Counted from the stretch's first letter, positions 8,456 through 17,869 are shown. The stretch is DNA of 64,000 nucleotides from an uncultured Caldisericota bacterium (GCA_964640995.1 CAZXJJ010000002.1:146728-210727), one strand, 5' to 3'. The notes: generated by a model from the letters alone, not told the origin. Program-made: numbers and translations.

Positions 8456-10135
8456 ATGGATATAAAAAAATTAAGTGAATTTATAAAATATCTTGAAATC
8501 TCCTCTTTTTTACATGATATAGGAAAAATTTCTTCTCATTTTTTATTATCAAAAGATAAAGATTTAAACATTAAAGATCAACATGCAGTTTTAATTTTTG
8601 AAGATAAATTAGGAGAAAACTTAAATAAATTTTTAAGAACTCCATTAAGTAAAAAATTTCCAAATTTTAAAGACCTCTTGGAAGAGATTGCGCCTATTAA
8701 TTTTATTTGTTCTCATCATGGTTGTGAAAGATGTAAATTTTCAAATGGATGTAAAAAGTATGATAAAAATTTTTTTATAAAGATACTTCAAATATCAGAT
8801 CGACTTGATTCATCAAATCCACCGAACAGCGGAAAACAACCATTTTATTCTGTCTATATTCAAGACTTTTTTGGAAATGTTAAAAAAATAGATTTTGAAA
8901 GAATTGATTTATTAAGAATAAAATTTTTAAATCTTCTTGATTATTATATTCATAATTTGAATAGAGAAGAGGTTTTTAAAATTTCAAAATTATTTATGGA
9001 AAATGCTTTATCAGAGACAAGAAGTGGAGCAAATGATATAAATTTATACAATCACTCAAAAGCAACATCTTCTGTTTTTAAAATAATTCTTTTTGACTAT
9101 TTCTATTTTGGATTAGAACCTCCATCATCAATCTTTGATGTTGAAATAAAATTTTTAAGAACAAAAGGAGGTTTTAAAAAATTAATAGAAGAAGAAATAT
9201 CATTTGGAAATTTAATTTTTGCTTTAGAGGATTTTGAATATTATATTACAGGAAAAGGGGTAGATAAATTATTTTTAAAGATAAATAGATTAGATGGTAT
9301 TTTTGTTGATGAAATTAATATCAATAAAACAAAAAATAAATATTTTTATCCTATAAATCCGGAGGAAATTTTAAAAACAATTTTTGTAAAAATTCCTGAA
9401 GATATTGGCTTAACTTTTGAAGATATTATAAAGGGAACTATGGAGTTAATTAATTATGGAAGATATAGTGAATTTCGAGAATTAAAATTAAAAATTAAAG
9501 GTGTTAAAAAACATATAAGAAATCTTAAAAGAGGAAATAAAATTAAAGAAGTTCAAAAGAAGATTAAAGAATTTAAAAAATTAGAGAGTAGATTTAATTA
9601 TCTTAAAAAACTATTGAATAAAGATTTTAATCTCAATAATATTGAAAAATTTTTAATGAAAACTCTTGCGCCAATTAGACCCCCCTCAATATCAAAATTT
9701 TCAGAGTATATACTCGATTTAATGAAAAAAAAGAAACTTAATTTAAATGAAATCGCTTTTGAAGTTTTTTTAAAAAAACCACTGACACTATCAAGAATTA
9801 TCCAATATAATTTTGATTTAATTAAATATAGAAAGATAGAAAAAATACCTAAGTTTATTGGAAAAGTTAAATATACAAACAAAAAACCAATAGAAAAATA
9901 TTATGAAATAAAAGAAGTCATAAATGAGAATGGAGATATAATAATAAAATTAAAAAATGGTAAAACTTTAAAAATACCTGTAACATATAACCAAAAAGAG
10001 ATTGATAAATTAAATCTATATTTTATTGGAAAGATAGATAGAAGTGACTCTTTAATATTTCCTTTGGGTAAAGGTAGAAGTTTAATTCATATTACAAAAT
10101 TAAGAGAGAAAGATAAAATAAAATTGATAATTTAA
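8456..10135 (+). CDS. hypothetical protein with N-terminal HD-like metal-binding motif set and Cys4 cluster (orphan, tmRNA-adjacent)
   Basis: 559-aa ORF starting 7 nt after the tmRNA CCA. LHDIGK at aa 19-24 with no upstream His, then H28, H43, CSHHGCERCKFSNGC (aa 85-99) and ISDRLD (about aa 113); the rest is Lys-rich with no motif I recognise and no GGDD. Confidence 0.5.
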   Translation: MDIKKLSEFIKYLEISSFLHDIGKISSHFLLSKDKDLNIKDQHAVLIFEDKLGENLNKFLRTPLSKKFPNFKDLLEEIAPINFICSHHGCERCKFSNGCKKYDKNFFIKILQISDRLDSSNPPNSGKQPFYSVYIQDFFGNVKKIDFERIDLLRIKFLNLLDYYIHNLNREEVFKISKLFMENALSETRSGANDINLYNHSKATSSVFKIILFDYFYFGLEPPSSIFDVEIKFLRTKGGFKKLIEEEISFGNLIFALEDFEYYITGKGVDKLFLKINRLDGIFVDEININKTKNKYFYPINPEEILKTIFVKIPEDIGLTFEDIIKGTMELINYGRYSEFRELKLKIKGVKKHIRNLKRGNKIKEVQKKIKEFKKLESRFNYLKKLLNKDFNLNNIEKFLMKTLAPIRPPSISKFSEYILDLMKKKKLNLNEIAFEVFLKKPLTLSRIIQYNFDLIKYRKIEKIPKFIGKVKYTNKKPIEKYYEIKEVINENGDIIIKLKNGKTLKIPVTYNQKEIDKLNLYFIGKIDRSDSLIFPLGKGRSLIHITKLREKDKIKLII

Positions 10136-10136
10136 T

Positions 10137-11075
10137 TTATTCTCTGCTATAAGGTTTACCAACTGATGCTGGAAATTCAATTTGTTTTTTGAATATCATC
10201 ATTACAAGTAAAACTGAAATAAAAGGAAGCATCAAGAAAAATTGATATGGAATTCTTTGAGAAATTACCTGTAATCTGAATGCTATAACCTCAATCGCTG
10301 CAAATAAAAAGCCACCAAGAATTGCTCTTTGTGGTCTCCAACTTGCAAATATTGCAATTCCAACAGCCATAAAACCTCTTCCTGCTGATATGTCTGGAGT
10401 ATAGGTTCCTGTTATTACAATTGGCAAATAAGCACCAGAAATTCCAATTAAAATTGAACCAATTACAGTTGATAATATTCTTCTTTTTGTAACATTTACA
10501 CCAACAACATCTGCTGCCCTAGGATTTTCTCCAATTGCTCTTGTCTCAAGTCCAATTTTAGTTCTATAATAAAACCACCATGCAAAAATAATTACAAAAT
10601 ATAAAAAATAAACAATTACATCTTGATTTAAAAATGCTGAAACAATTGGTATTCTATTTAAAAAAGGATTGCTTATTGCTGGAGTTTTTGGTGCTCTTGG
10701 AGCAGTGAGTCTTACTCCAATTATTAATTTATAGAAAAGATCTGAAAGTCCTGTTCCTAAAATTACAAGAGATATACCAAGAACAAATTGGTTCACTTTA
10801 AATTTTTCATGAATTAATGAAAGAATCAGTCCAAAAATTCCTCCTAAAATAGCACCAACAATAAAGCCTAAAATTGAATTTTGAGACAAATAACTTACTA
10901 TAAAGCCTAAGGAAGCAGAAGCAAGCATTATACCTTCTCCAGAAACATTAAAAATTCCGGATCTTCCAGCAATAACAATTCCTAAACTTGTTAATGTATA
11001 AACAACTGCGTAAGTAATTGTTTGAGAGATAAATGAATTTATAGCATTTAACATTTTATTTTTTCCTCCTTTCAA
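10137..11075 (-). CDS. ABC transporter permease (nucleoside/BMP-type, second permease)
   Basis: 312-aa polytopic membrane protein in operon with another permease, a tandem-ABC ATPase and a BMP-family binding protein. True start is probably the internal Met at about 11054, abutting the upstream stop. Confidence 0.75.
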   Translation of the reverse strand: MKGGKNKMLNAINSFISQTITYAVVYTLTSLGIVIAGRSGIFNVSGEGIMLASASLGFIVSYLSQNSILGFIVGAILGGIFGLILSLIHEKFKVNQFVLGISLVILGTGLSDLFYKLIIGVRLTAPRAPKTPAISNPFLNRIPIVSAFLNQDVIVYFLYFVIIFAWWFYYRTKIGLETRAIGENPRAADVVGVNVTKRRILSTVIGSILIGISGAYLPIVITGTYTPDISAGRGFMAVGIAIFASWRPQRAILGGFLFAAIEVIAFRLQVISQRIPYQFFLMLPFISVLLVMMIFKKQIEFPASVGKPYSRE

Positions 11076-12105
11076 ATGCCTCTCTGAATATCACAATGAA
11101 AAGAACAATTAATGCTTGAGCAACAAAAACCATTTCAACTGGAATTTGCATTGTTCTTTGAAGAGCATCAGCACCAACAAGCAAAACAGACATTAAAAAT
11201 GCAGCAACAGGTACTCCAATTGGGTTCCCAGAAACTATTAAACTTGTTAAAATTCCAAAAATTCCATATTGTGCGCCACTTGTTTGAGCAAAACCTTCAA
11301 TCAATTTCTTATGTATATTAATAACTTCAAGTGTTCCACCAAGACCTGCAAGTGCTCCTGAAACAAAAAATGTTATAAGTATTGTTTTATGAAAATTTAT
11401 TCCATAAGTTTGTGCAGCATCTAAATTATAACCAATTGCTTTTATTTCATACCCGAGTTTTGTTTTTAAAATCAAAATATAAACAAAGACAATTGTAATA
11501 ACTGCAAAAATTATTGAGTAAGGAATACCATAAATAATTCCTAATGTACCTGATTTTGGAAGTGGTAAAGTAATTGGATGACCCTCAAATGGGTCTCTAT
11601 AAAGTGGATTTGTTGCAATAAAATTTAAAAATTGCATTGCTACAAAATTTAACATTATTGTTGAAATTATTGGGTTTATATCAAACTTTGCTGTAAGATA
11701 TCCAGCAATCAAAGCAAAAAGACCACCTGCAACAATTCCAGAAAAAATTAGAAGTGGAATCATAACAAAAGATGGTAAATTTAATCCAAATTGATTTGAA
11801 ATTGTGAGTCCTACAACAGAAGCAATAGTCCCACCAACAAGCATCTGACCAAATGCTCCAATATTAAAAAACTTAATCATAAAAGGAATTGTAAATGCAT
11901 AAGTTGTAAAAATTAAAGGAATTGTTTTTTTAATTGTTTCTTGAAAACCAAACGATGATCTAAATGAAGTTGTAAGTAGTGTCCTTAAAACTCTTAAAAC
12001 ATTGTATCTAAAAAGCAAAGAAATTATGGAAATAACAAGAAATGCTAGAAAAATCGAAAGTAAATATATGACAAAGTTTTTTAAAAATTTTTTCATATCT
12101 CTCAT
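11056..12105 (-). CDS. ABC transporter permease (nucleoside/BMP-type, first permease)
   Basis: 349 aa, multiple TM segments; translationally coupled to the ATPase upstream and permease downstream. Confidence 0.75.
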   Translation of the reverse strand: MRDMKKFLKNFVIYLLSIFLAFLVISIISLLFRYNVLRVLRTLLTTSFRSSFGFQETIKKTIPLIFTTYAFTIPFMIKFFNIGAFGQMLVGGTIASVVGLTISNQFGLNLPSFVMIPLLIFSGIVAGGLFALIAGYLTAKFDINPIISTIMLNFVAMQFLNFIATNPLYRDPFEGHPITLPLPKSGTLGIIYGIPYSIIFAVITIVFVYILILKTKLGYEIKAIGYNLDAAQTYGINFHKTILITFFVSGALAGLGGTLEVINIHKKLIEGFAQTSGAQYGIFGILTSLIVSGNPIGVPVAAFLMSVLLVGADALQRTMQIPVEMVFVAQALIVLFIVIFREAFERRKK

Positions 12106-13640
12106 GCCTCTCCTCCAATCATAAGAAGGCCTATCTTGAATTTATCAAAATCTTTTCTTTCAAAAATTCCTTTAACCCCTCCTTTATGTAAAACAAGAAT
12201 TCTATCACAAAGAATAAGAAGTTCATCTAAATCTTCTCCAATCCAAAGAACACCGCTTCCATTATCTCTTGTTTCAACAAGTTTCCTAAATATAAATTCA
12301 ACTGTTGAAAAATCAAGACCTGATGTAGGATTATGTGTAACAAGAACTTTTATTGGATTTACAAATGATCTTCCAATTATAACTTTTTGTATATTTCCAC
12401 CTGATAATCTTCTAATTTGTAACTCTTCTGTTGGTGTATAAACATTAAATTTTTTGATTACATCTTTTGTAACCTCTCTTACTACATTCCATTTTGTAAA
12501 TATTTTTCTTTCAAGAAATCTATCTTCAAAATGGTGACCTAGTAAAACATTTTCAACAATTGTTCCATCTGGCAATATACCTTCTTTTATTCTATCTTCT
12601 GGTGTGTAAAAAAGTCCTTTTGAAAAAACCTCAATTGTTGATAAATTTTTTATTGATTCTCCATCAAAAATAATATCACCATCTTTCATAAGTTTCGGAT
12701 TAACAATAACTTGAGCAAGTTCTTTTTCGCCATTTCCAGAGACAGATGCAACACCTAAAATTTCTCCTCCAAAAAGTTCAAAAGATACATTTTTTAAACC
12801 AACAGATTTTTCAGTTGGTTCAACATTAACATTTTTCAAAACAAGAATTGGTTTTTCACTTTTTCTTTTTTGTGGAGGTAATTCAACCTTTGGAAGTGCA
12901 CTTTCTGTAACTTTAAGATCTTTTTCTTGAAACATAAGTTTTACAATTTTTTCTGTTGTCATCTCATCTTTGTTTAAAGTTCCCTGAACTTTTCCTTTTC
13001 TTAAAATTGTTACTCTATCACAAGCAAACAAAACTTCTCTCATTTTATGTGTGATAAAAATTATTGTTACACCCTTTTCAACAAGTGTTTTTAAAGTTTT
13101 TAAAAGTTGTTGAAATTCACTTTCAACAAGAGATGTTGTTGGTTCATCTAAAATAAGAAGTTTTGCTCCTCTAAAAAGTGCTCTAACTATTTCAATTTTT
13201 TGTTTTATACCTGCAGGTAAATCTTTAACCTTTACATCAAGTGGAAATTCAAAACCGAGTTCTTTTGAAATTTTAACAATTTTCTCTTTTTCCTTCTCAT
13301 AAAGAAGTTTATACTTATCATACTCAGTTCCAAGAATTATATTTTCAAGTGCAGTAAATTGAGGAACAAGGGTTGAAACTTGATGAACCATTCCAATTCC
13401 AAGTTTTATTGAGTCAAATGGAGAAGAAATTTTAACCTTTTTCCCTTCAATATAAATTTCTCCTTCATCTGGAGAATATAATCCATAAAGAACATTCATG
13501 AGGGTAGATTTACCTGCGCCATTTTCACCTAAAAGTCCATGAATTTCTCCTTTATAAACTGAAAAATTTACATTATCTAATGCAACAACCTCTCCAAAAA
13601 CTTTTCTTATATTTTTTAATTCAACAAAAATTTCTTTCAT
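12102..13640 (-). CDS. ABC transporter ATP-binding protein with duplicated ATPase domains
   Basis: 512 aa; first domain Walker A GENGAGKST, signature LSGGEKQ-like and Walker B LLILDEPT; second degenerate ABC domain (SGGNIQKV). Typical of nucleoside/sugar CUT2-type importers. Confidence 0.8.
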   Translation of the reverse strand: MKEIFVELKNIRKVFGEVVALDNVNFSVYKGEIHGLLGENGAGKSTLMNVLYGLYSPDEGEIYIEGKKVKISSPFDSIKLGIGMVHQVSTLVPQFTALENIILGTEYDKYKLLYEKEKEKIVKISKELGFEFPLDVKVKDLPAGIKQKIEIVRALFRGAKLLILDEPTTSLVESEFQQLLKTLKTLVEKGVTIIFITHKMREVLFACDRVTILRKGKVQGTLNKDEMTTEKIVKLMFQEKDLKVTESALPKVELPPQKRKSEKPILVLKNVNVEPTEKSVGLKNVSFELFGGEILGVASVSGNGEKELAQVIVNPKLMKDGDIIFDGESIKNLSTIEVFSKGLFYTPEDRIKEGILPDGTIVENVLLGHHFEDRFLERKIFTKWNVVREVTKDVIKKFNVYTPTEELQIRRLSGGNIQKVIIGRSFVNPIKVLVTHNPTSGLDFSTVEFIFRKLVETRDNGSGVLWIGEDLDELLILCDRILVLHKGGVKGIFERKDFDKFKIGLLMIGGEA

Positions 13641-13647
13641 AATTTAT

Positions 13648-13680
13648 AAAAAAATAGGGGAGGTACTATAACCTCCCCTT
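13648..13680 (-). terminator. intrinsic terminator/attenuator between binding-protein gene and ATPase gene
   Basis: On the minus strand: AGGGGAGGT-tatagt-ACCTCCCCT (9-bp GC-rich stem) followed by ATTTTTTTAT. Lies between the stop of the BMP gene (13699) and the start of the ATPase gene (13640). Confidence 0.55.
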
Positions 13681-13698
13681 ATGTAAATATTTAAAATT

Positions 13699-14706
13699 TT
13701 ATGGGTTTATAGCATCAAGTTTTTCAATAACTTTTATCTTGCCAGATGCAACATCGTCTGCAATTTGTTTAACTTTTGCATTGATTTCATCACTTACATT
13801 TTTAATTGGAAATTGAGTATATCTTGCTTTACCTTCTCCATATTCAAGCATCAAAAATCCACCCTTCTCTCCCTTTAAAACTCTTCCAACAACCTCTCTA
13901 AGTGGAACTCTAAAATCAAAAAGGTCTGCAGTTAAATAATTCTGAGGTGCTTGTGATGCTTTATCTGTATATTTAACAGTTATATAAACTGGTCTTTTTG
14001 CTTCAGAAAGTGCATTATAAATACCATAATTTCCAAGATTTACTGAACTTAAAATAACATCAACTCCTTTTGCAATTAAACTTTCTGCTGCTTGTCTTGC
14101 CTTAAGGGGATCATTAAAATCTCCTGCATAAACATAATCAAGTGTTGCTTTTGAATCTAAATCTTTAATTGCTTGTTTTATTGCATTTATCTCGCCATAT
14201 GTAAATGGCATTTCAAGTCCACCAATATACCCAATTTTCCCGGTTTCTGTTTTAAGTGCTGCAAGTGCACCTAAAACATAGAAACCAGTATGGAAATTTC
14301 TATGGAAATACCAAACATTTGGCTTTTTATCTTTTGGTTCTGTATCAACTTCTACAATAAAAGTTACATTTGGATTTTCATCAGCAAGTTTTAATGCTGC
14401 AGAATTAAACTGTCCACCATGAACCCAAATAATGTTAAAACCATCTGCAATGTATTCTTTCATGACTCTCTCAACATCAGGAACTGCAACTTTTTCAGAA
14501 TAGGCAATTTCAATGTCATATTCTTTTCCAATCTCCTGAGTTGCTATGTAACCAAGTGTATTGTAATCTGCATCTTGAATTGAACCAGGCATTACTGTTG
14601 CAAGTTTGTAAACTGGTTTTTGTTCTTCTGCTTTTTTACATGAAGCAAGTGGCAAAAGAGCCAACAGGCCAATCAAAATGAATAACAATAATATGCTTTT
14701 TTTCAT
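13699..14706 (-). CDS. BMP-family ABC transporter substrate-binding lipoprotein (nucleoside-binding type)
   Basis: Lipoprotein signal LLALLPLASCKK; 335 aa; BMP/PnrA-like periplasmic binding fold; first gene of the transporter operon; RBS AGGAGG upstream. Confidence 0.75.
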   Translation of the reverse strand: MKKSILLLFILIGLLALLPLASCKKAEEQKPVYKLATVMPGSIQDADYNTLGYIATQEIGKEYDIEIAYSEKVAVPDVERVMKEYIADGFNIIWVHGGQFNSAALKLADENPNVTFIVEVDTEPKDKKPNVWYFHRNFHTGFYVLGALAALKTETGKIGYIGGLEMPFTYGEINAIKQAIKDLDSKATLDYVYAGDFNDPLKARQAAESLIAKGVDVILSSVNLGNYGIYNALSEAKRPVYITVKYTDKASQAPQNYLTADLFDFRVPLREVVGRVLKGEKGGFLMLEYGEGKARYTQFPIKNVSDEINAKVKQIADDVASGKIKVIEKLDAINP

Positions 14707-14756
14707 AAAAACCTCCTTTTAGGATAGATATATTTTAATTATAACATCAATTTATA

Positions 14757-14784
14757 TTGACAAAAATTTCTAATAATATAAAAT
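14757..14784 (+). promoter_or_regulatory. candidate sigma70-type promoter of the rpsP operon
   Basis: TTGACA (14757-14762), 16-nt spacer, TAAAAT (14779-14784), about 35 nt upstream of the rpsP start. Confidence 0.4.
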
Positions 14785-14818
14785 TTATATTAACCTGTTT
14801 CCTTTGGAGGTGATAAGG

Positions 14819-15064
14819 TTGGTAAAGATAAAGTTAAGAAGAATGGGCAAAAAGAAAGAGCCATACTATAGGCTAATTGTTATTGACAGCAGAAAACAGC
14901 CCAAAAGTTCTTATATAGAAAGTTTGGGCAGTTATAATCCACGCTCCAAAGGAGAGGAATTAATGGTAAACCTGGAGCGGTTGGAGTATTGGTTGAGCAA
15001 AGGTGCTCAACCTACAGATTCAGTTAAAAACCTTATTAAAAAGTTGAAGGAGGTTAAACAATGA
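14819..15064 (+). CDS. rpsP: 30S ribosomal protein S16
   Basis: From TTG 14819 the translation is MVKIKLRRMGKKKEPYYRLIVIDSR...; RBS GGAGGTG 6 nt upstream. ORF-track start 14804 is an upstream in-frame TTG. Confidence 0.85.
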   Translation: MVKIKLRRMGKKKEPYYRLIVIDSRKQPKSSYIESLGSYNPRSKGEELMVNLERLEYWLSKGAQPTDSVKNLIKKLKEVKQ

Positions 15065-15291
15065 AGGACTTGCTTGAAGAGATTGTAAAAGCATTGGTTG
15101 ATCATCCAGAGGATGTAAAAGTACAGGCAGTTGAAGGTGAACAGGCTGTTGTTTATGAAGTAAAAGTTAGTGCAGATGATATTGGTAAAGTTATTGGGAA
15201 ACAGGGAAGAACAGCAAACGCTTTAAGAACATTAGTCAGAGCAGCAGCCAGTAAATCAGGTAAGAATGCTATGGTAAACATTCTCTCTTAA
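15061..15291 (+). CDS. KH-domain RNA-binding protein (UPF0109/YlqC-like)
   Basis: 76 aa; KH GxxG loop VIGKQGRTANALR; canonical position after rpsP. Confidence 0.75.
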   Translation: MKDLLEEIVKALVDHPEDVKVQAVEGEQAVVYEVKVSADDIGKVIGKQGRTANALRTLVRAAASKSGKNAMVNILS

Positions 15292-15316
15292 TAAGAGAGA
15301 TATTCTTTTTCAAACT

Positions 15317-15339
15317 CCCCGGAGAATTTCTCTCCGGGG
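15317..15339 (+). terminator. GC-rich hairpin between tandem KH genes (candidate attenuator/terminator)
   Basis: CCCCGGAGA-atttc-TCTCCGGGG, perfect 9-bp stem, followed by TTCATTC (weak U-tract). Confidence 0.35.
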
Positions 15340-15382
15340 TTCATTCAAAATCATCAAAACAAATTTAATATGGAGGTAGATT

Positions 15383-15631
15383 ATGGCAAATGCAACAAAC
15401 GCTTCAAATCTTTTAGAAAAACTTGTAAAGATTATTGTTGATTATCCTGAAAAGGTTCAGGTTAAAAAAATTGAAGGTTCATCTACTGTTATTTATGAAG
15501 TTAAGGTTGGTCAAGAGGACATCGGTAAAGTAATTGGGAAACAGGGTAAAACAGCAGAAGCATTAAGAACTATTGTTCAAGCAATTTCAAGAAAATCTGG
15601 AAAAAGCACAATAGTTTCTATTCTTTCCTAG
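15383..15631 (+). CDS. KH-domain RNA-binding protein, tandem paralog
   Basis: 82 aa; same architecture as the upstream KH protein (VIGKQGKTAEALRTIV, ~50% identity by eye); own RBS GGAGG. Confidence 0.7.
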   Translation: MANATNASNLLEKLVKIIVDYPEKVQVKKIEGSSTVIYEVKVGQEDIGKVIGKQGKTAEALRTIVQAISRKSGKSTIVSILS

Positions 15632-15647
15632 GTAAAGGTTAAATAAA

Positions 15648-16052
15648 GTGTTAATTAAAAGACAGGTCCTTGTTAAATCCTTTGTTACAGAGGATTTAAA
15701 AAGGGATTTAATTGAAAGATTTAACAAATTAATTGAATTATCTGAAAAGAGAATTTCAGAAATTGTCTCCGAAGAGAAAAAACTACTTCTTACTGCACCA
15801 ACTATTGAACCTGCATATCTTCAAGCAGTTAAAAACAAGATAAAAGAACAAAAAGAAGAGGAAGAAAGAATAAAAGAAAACTTAATTAAAGAAAGAGAGA
15901 ACATTAAACTTCTTAAAGATGGAGAATTTTACCTTCACGGAGTTGTAGAAGGTTTTGTTGATGTAAAAGAAGGAGATGATTTCTGGAAAAAAATCCAAGA
16001 AACTGAAATCATTTTAAGGGATGGGAAGGTTGTTGAAATAAAGAATGAGTAA
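15648..16052 (+). CDS. YlqD-like protein
   Basis: 134 aa, GTG start; sits between the KH gene and rimM as ylqD does in the Bacillus rpsP operon; charged helical N-terminus. Confidence 0.45.
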   Translation: MLIKRQVLVKSFVTEDLKRDLIERFNKLIELSEKRISEIVSEEKKLLLTAPTIEPAYLQAVKNKIKEQKEEEERIKENLIKERENIKLLKDGEFYLHGVVEGFVDVKEGDDFWKKIQETEIILRDGKVVEIKNE

Positions 16053-16548
16053 ATACATAACCATCGGGGAGATTGTTTCTTTATGGGGGGTCTCCCCTTC
16101 TTTTGTTATAAAAAAAGAAACAAATAATATTGATAGATTTAAAAATATAGAAAAAATATTAGTTCAAATCCAAGATGAAGAACCTGAAGAGATCCCAATT
16201 TTAGAAATAATTGATCATGAAGATATAGTTATTGTTAAACTCAAAGATAAACCAAAAGATTCTTTAGAAAGTTATATTGGAAAATATGTTGTTATAAAGC
16301 AAGAGGATCTCAAACAATTAAAAGAAGATGAATATTATATATTTCAATTGATGAATCTTGATGTTTATGATAGTGAAGATAGATATTTAGGAAAAGTAAC
16401 AAATTTTATTTCAAATCCTAATGCAAATGATGTTATTGTAGTAAAAAATGAAAAAGAGGTTCTTATTCCATTTATGAAAATCTATATAAAAGAAATTAAT
16501 TTAGAAAAAAATTATATTAAACTTAACAAAAAATTAGATGAATTATAA
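16045..16548 (+). CDS. rimM: 16S rRNA processing protein RimM
   Basis: 167 aa; N-terminal ITIGEIVSLWGV (RimM-like) and C-terminal PRC-barrel-like region; conserved position before trmD. Confidence 0.7.
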   Translation: MSKYITIGEIVSLWGVSPSFVIKKETNNIDRFKNIEKILVQIQDEEPEEIPILEIIDHEDIVIVKLKDKPKDSLESYIGKYVVIKQEDLKQLKEDEYYIFQLMNLDVYDSEDRYLGKVTNFISNPNANDVIVVKNEKEVLIPFMKIYIKEINLEKNYIKLNKKLDEL

Positions 16549-17306
16549 TGGAATTTATAATAATCTCAATTTTTCCACAAATTTTTGAGTGTTACTTTTC
16601 TTTAAGTTTACCTAAAAAAGCAATAGAAAAAAATCTTATTAATTTTTATTTAATCTCTCCAAGAGAATTTTCTGAAGATAAGCATAAAAAGGTTGATGAT
16701 TATACATATGGTGGTGGACCTGGAATGGTGCTTATGTTTCCACCACTAAAAAAAAGTATTGATAAAGCAAAAGAAATTTCAAAAGAGACACATATTATTC
16801 TTCTTTCTCCTTCAGGAATAAAATTCAATCAGAAATTAGCAAAAGAACTTGCTCAATACAAATCTCTCACTTTTCTTTGTGGACATTATGAAGGAGTTGA
16901 TGAGAGAATAAAAAATTATATTGATGAAGAAATCTCCATAGGTGATTACATAACTTCTGGAGGAGAAATACCAACCCTAATAATAATAGATACTATTTTA
17001 AGAATAATTCCAGGTTTTTTAAAAAGAGAAGAAACAAAAGTAATTGAGAGTTTTGAAAATGGTCTTATTGAATATCCTCAATATACCAGACCAAGAGAGT
17101 ATGAAGATTTAAAAGTTCCGGATGTTCTTTTATCTGGAAACCATAAAGAGATTGTAAAATTTAGAAAAAAAGAGTCACTTAAAAGGACTCTTTTATTAAG
17201 AACAGATTTATTATTGAATAAAACTCTTACAGATGAGGAAAAATCATTACTTATAGAAATATTTGATGAAATTTTATCTTTTTATAATAAACTAAATATA
17301 GAATGA
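16548..17306 (+). CDS. trmD: tRNA (guanine37-N1)-methyltransferase
   Basis: DDYTYGGGPGMVLM and C-terminal TrmD region; 252 aa; coupled to rimM. Confidence 0.85.
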   Translation: MEFIIISIFPQIFECYFSLSLPKKAIEKNLINFYLISPREFSEDKHKKVDDYTYGGGPGMVLMFPPLKKSIDKAKEISKETHIILLSPSGIKFNQKLAKELAQYKSLTFLCGHYEGVDERIKNYIDEEISIGDYITSGGEIPTLIIIDTILRIIPGFLKREETKVIESFENGLIEYPQYTRPREYEDLKVPDVLLSGNHKEIVKFRKKESLKRTLLLRTDLLLNKTLTDEEKSLLIEIFDEILSFYNKLNIE

Positions 17307-17869
17307 AACTTTATATAGCATTAATACATTATCCAGTTTATGATATAAATAAAAAAATTATAGTTTCATCAATTGTTCCTTATGATATTGTTGATATAAG
17401 CAGAGCATCAAGGACATACGGAGTTAAAAAATATTTTATAGTTCACCCTTTTAAAGCACAAAGAGACACAATAAAAAGAATAATTGATTTCTGGACAAAA
17501 GAAAAAGGGAGTTTTTATAATGAAGATAGAAAAGAAGCGCTTAAACTTTTAAGCATTAAGAGAAATTTAAATGAAGTAATAAAATTTATTGAAAAAGAAG
17601 AAAAAGAAAAACCTAAAATTATCTTAACAAGTGCAAGAAAATTTGAAAATAATATAAATTATGAAAAATTAAAAGAAATTATTATGGAATATCCAGTTTT
17701 AATTGTTTTTGGAACAGGTTGGGGAATTGTTGTTGATAAAGTTAAACATGATTATATTTTAGAACCGATTTATGGTTTCCCAAAAGAAAATAGTTATAAC
17801 CATTTAACTGTAAGATCTGCATGTTCGATTATTCTTGATAGAATCACAAAATTATTTTCTTCTTCTTAA
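17303..17869 (+). CDS. putative SPOUT-class RNA methyltransferase-like protein
   Basis: 188 aa; C-terminal LIVFGTGWGI and NHLTVRSACSIILDRI resemble SPOUT motifs; occupies the slot after trmD where rplS usually lies. Confidence 0.45.
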   Translation: MKLYIALIHYPVYDINKKIIVSSIVPYDIVDISRASRTYGVKKYFIVHPFKAQRDTIKRIIDFWTKEKGSFYNEDRKEALKLLSIKRNLNEVIKFIEKEEKEKPKIILTSARKFENNINYEKLKEIIMEYPVLIVFGTGWGIVVDKVKHDYILEPIYGFPKENSYNHLTVRSACSIILDRITKLFSSS

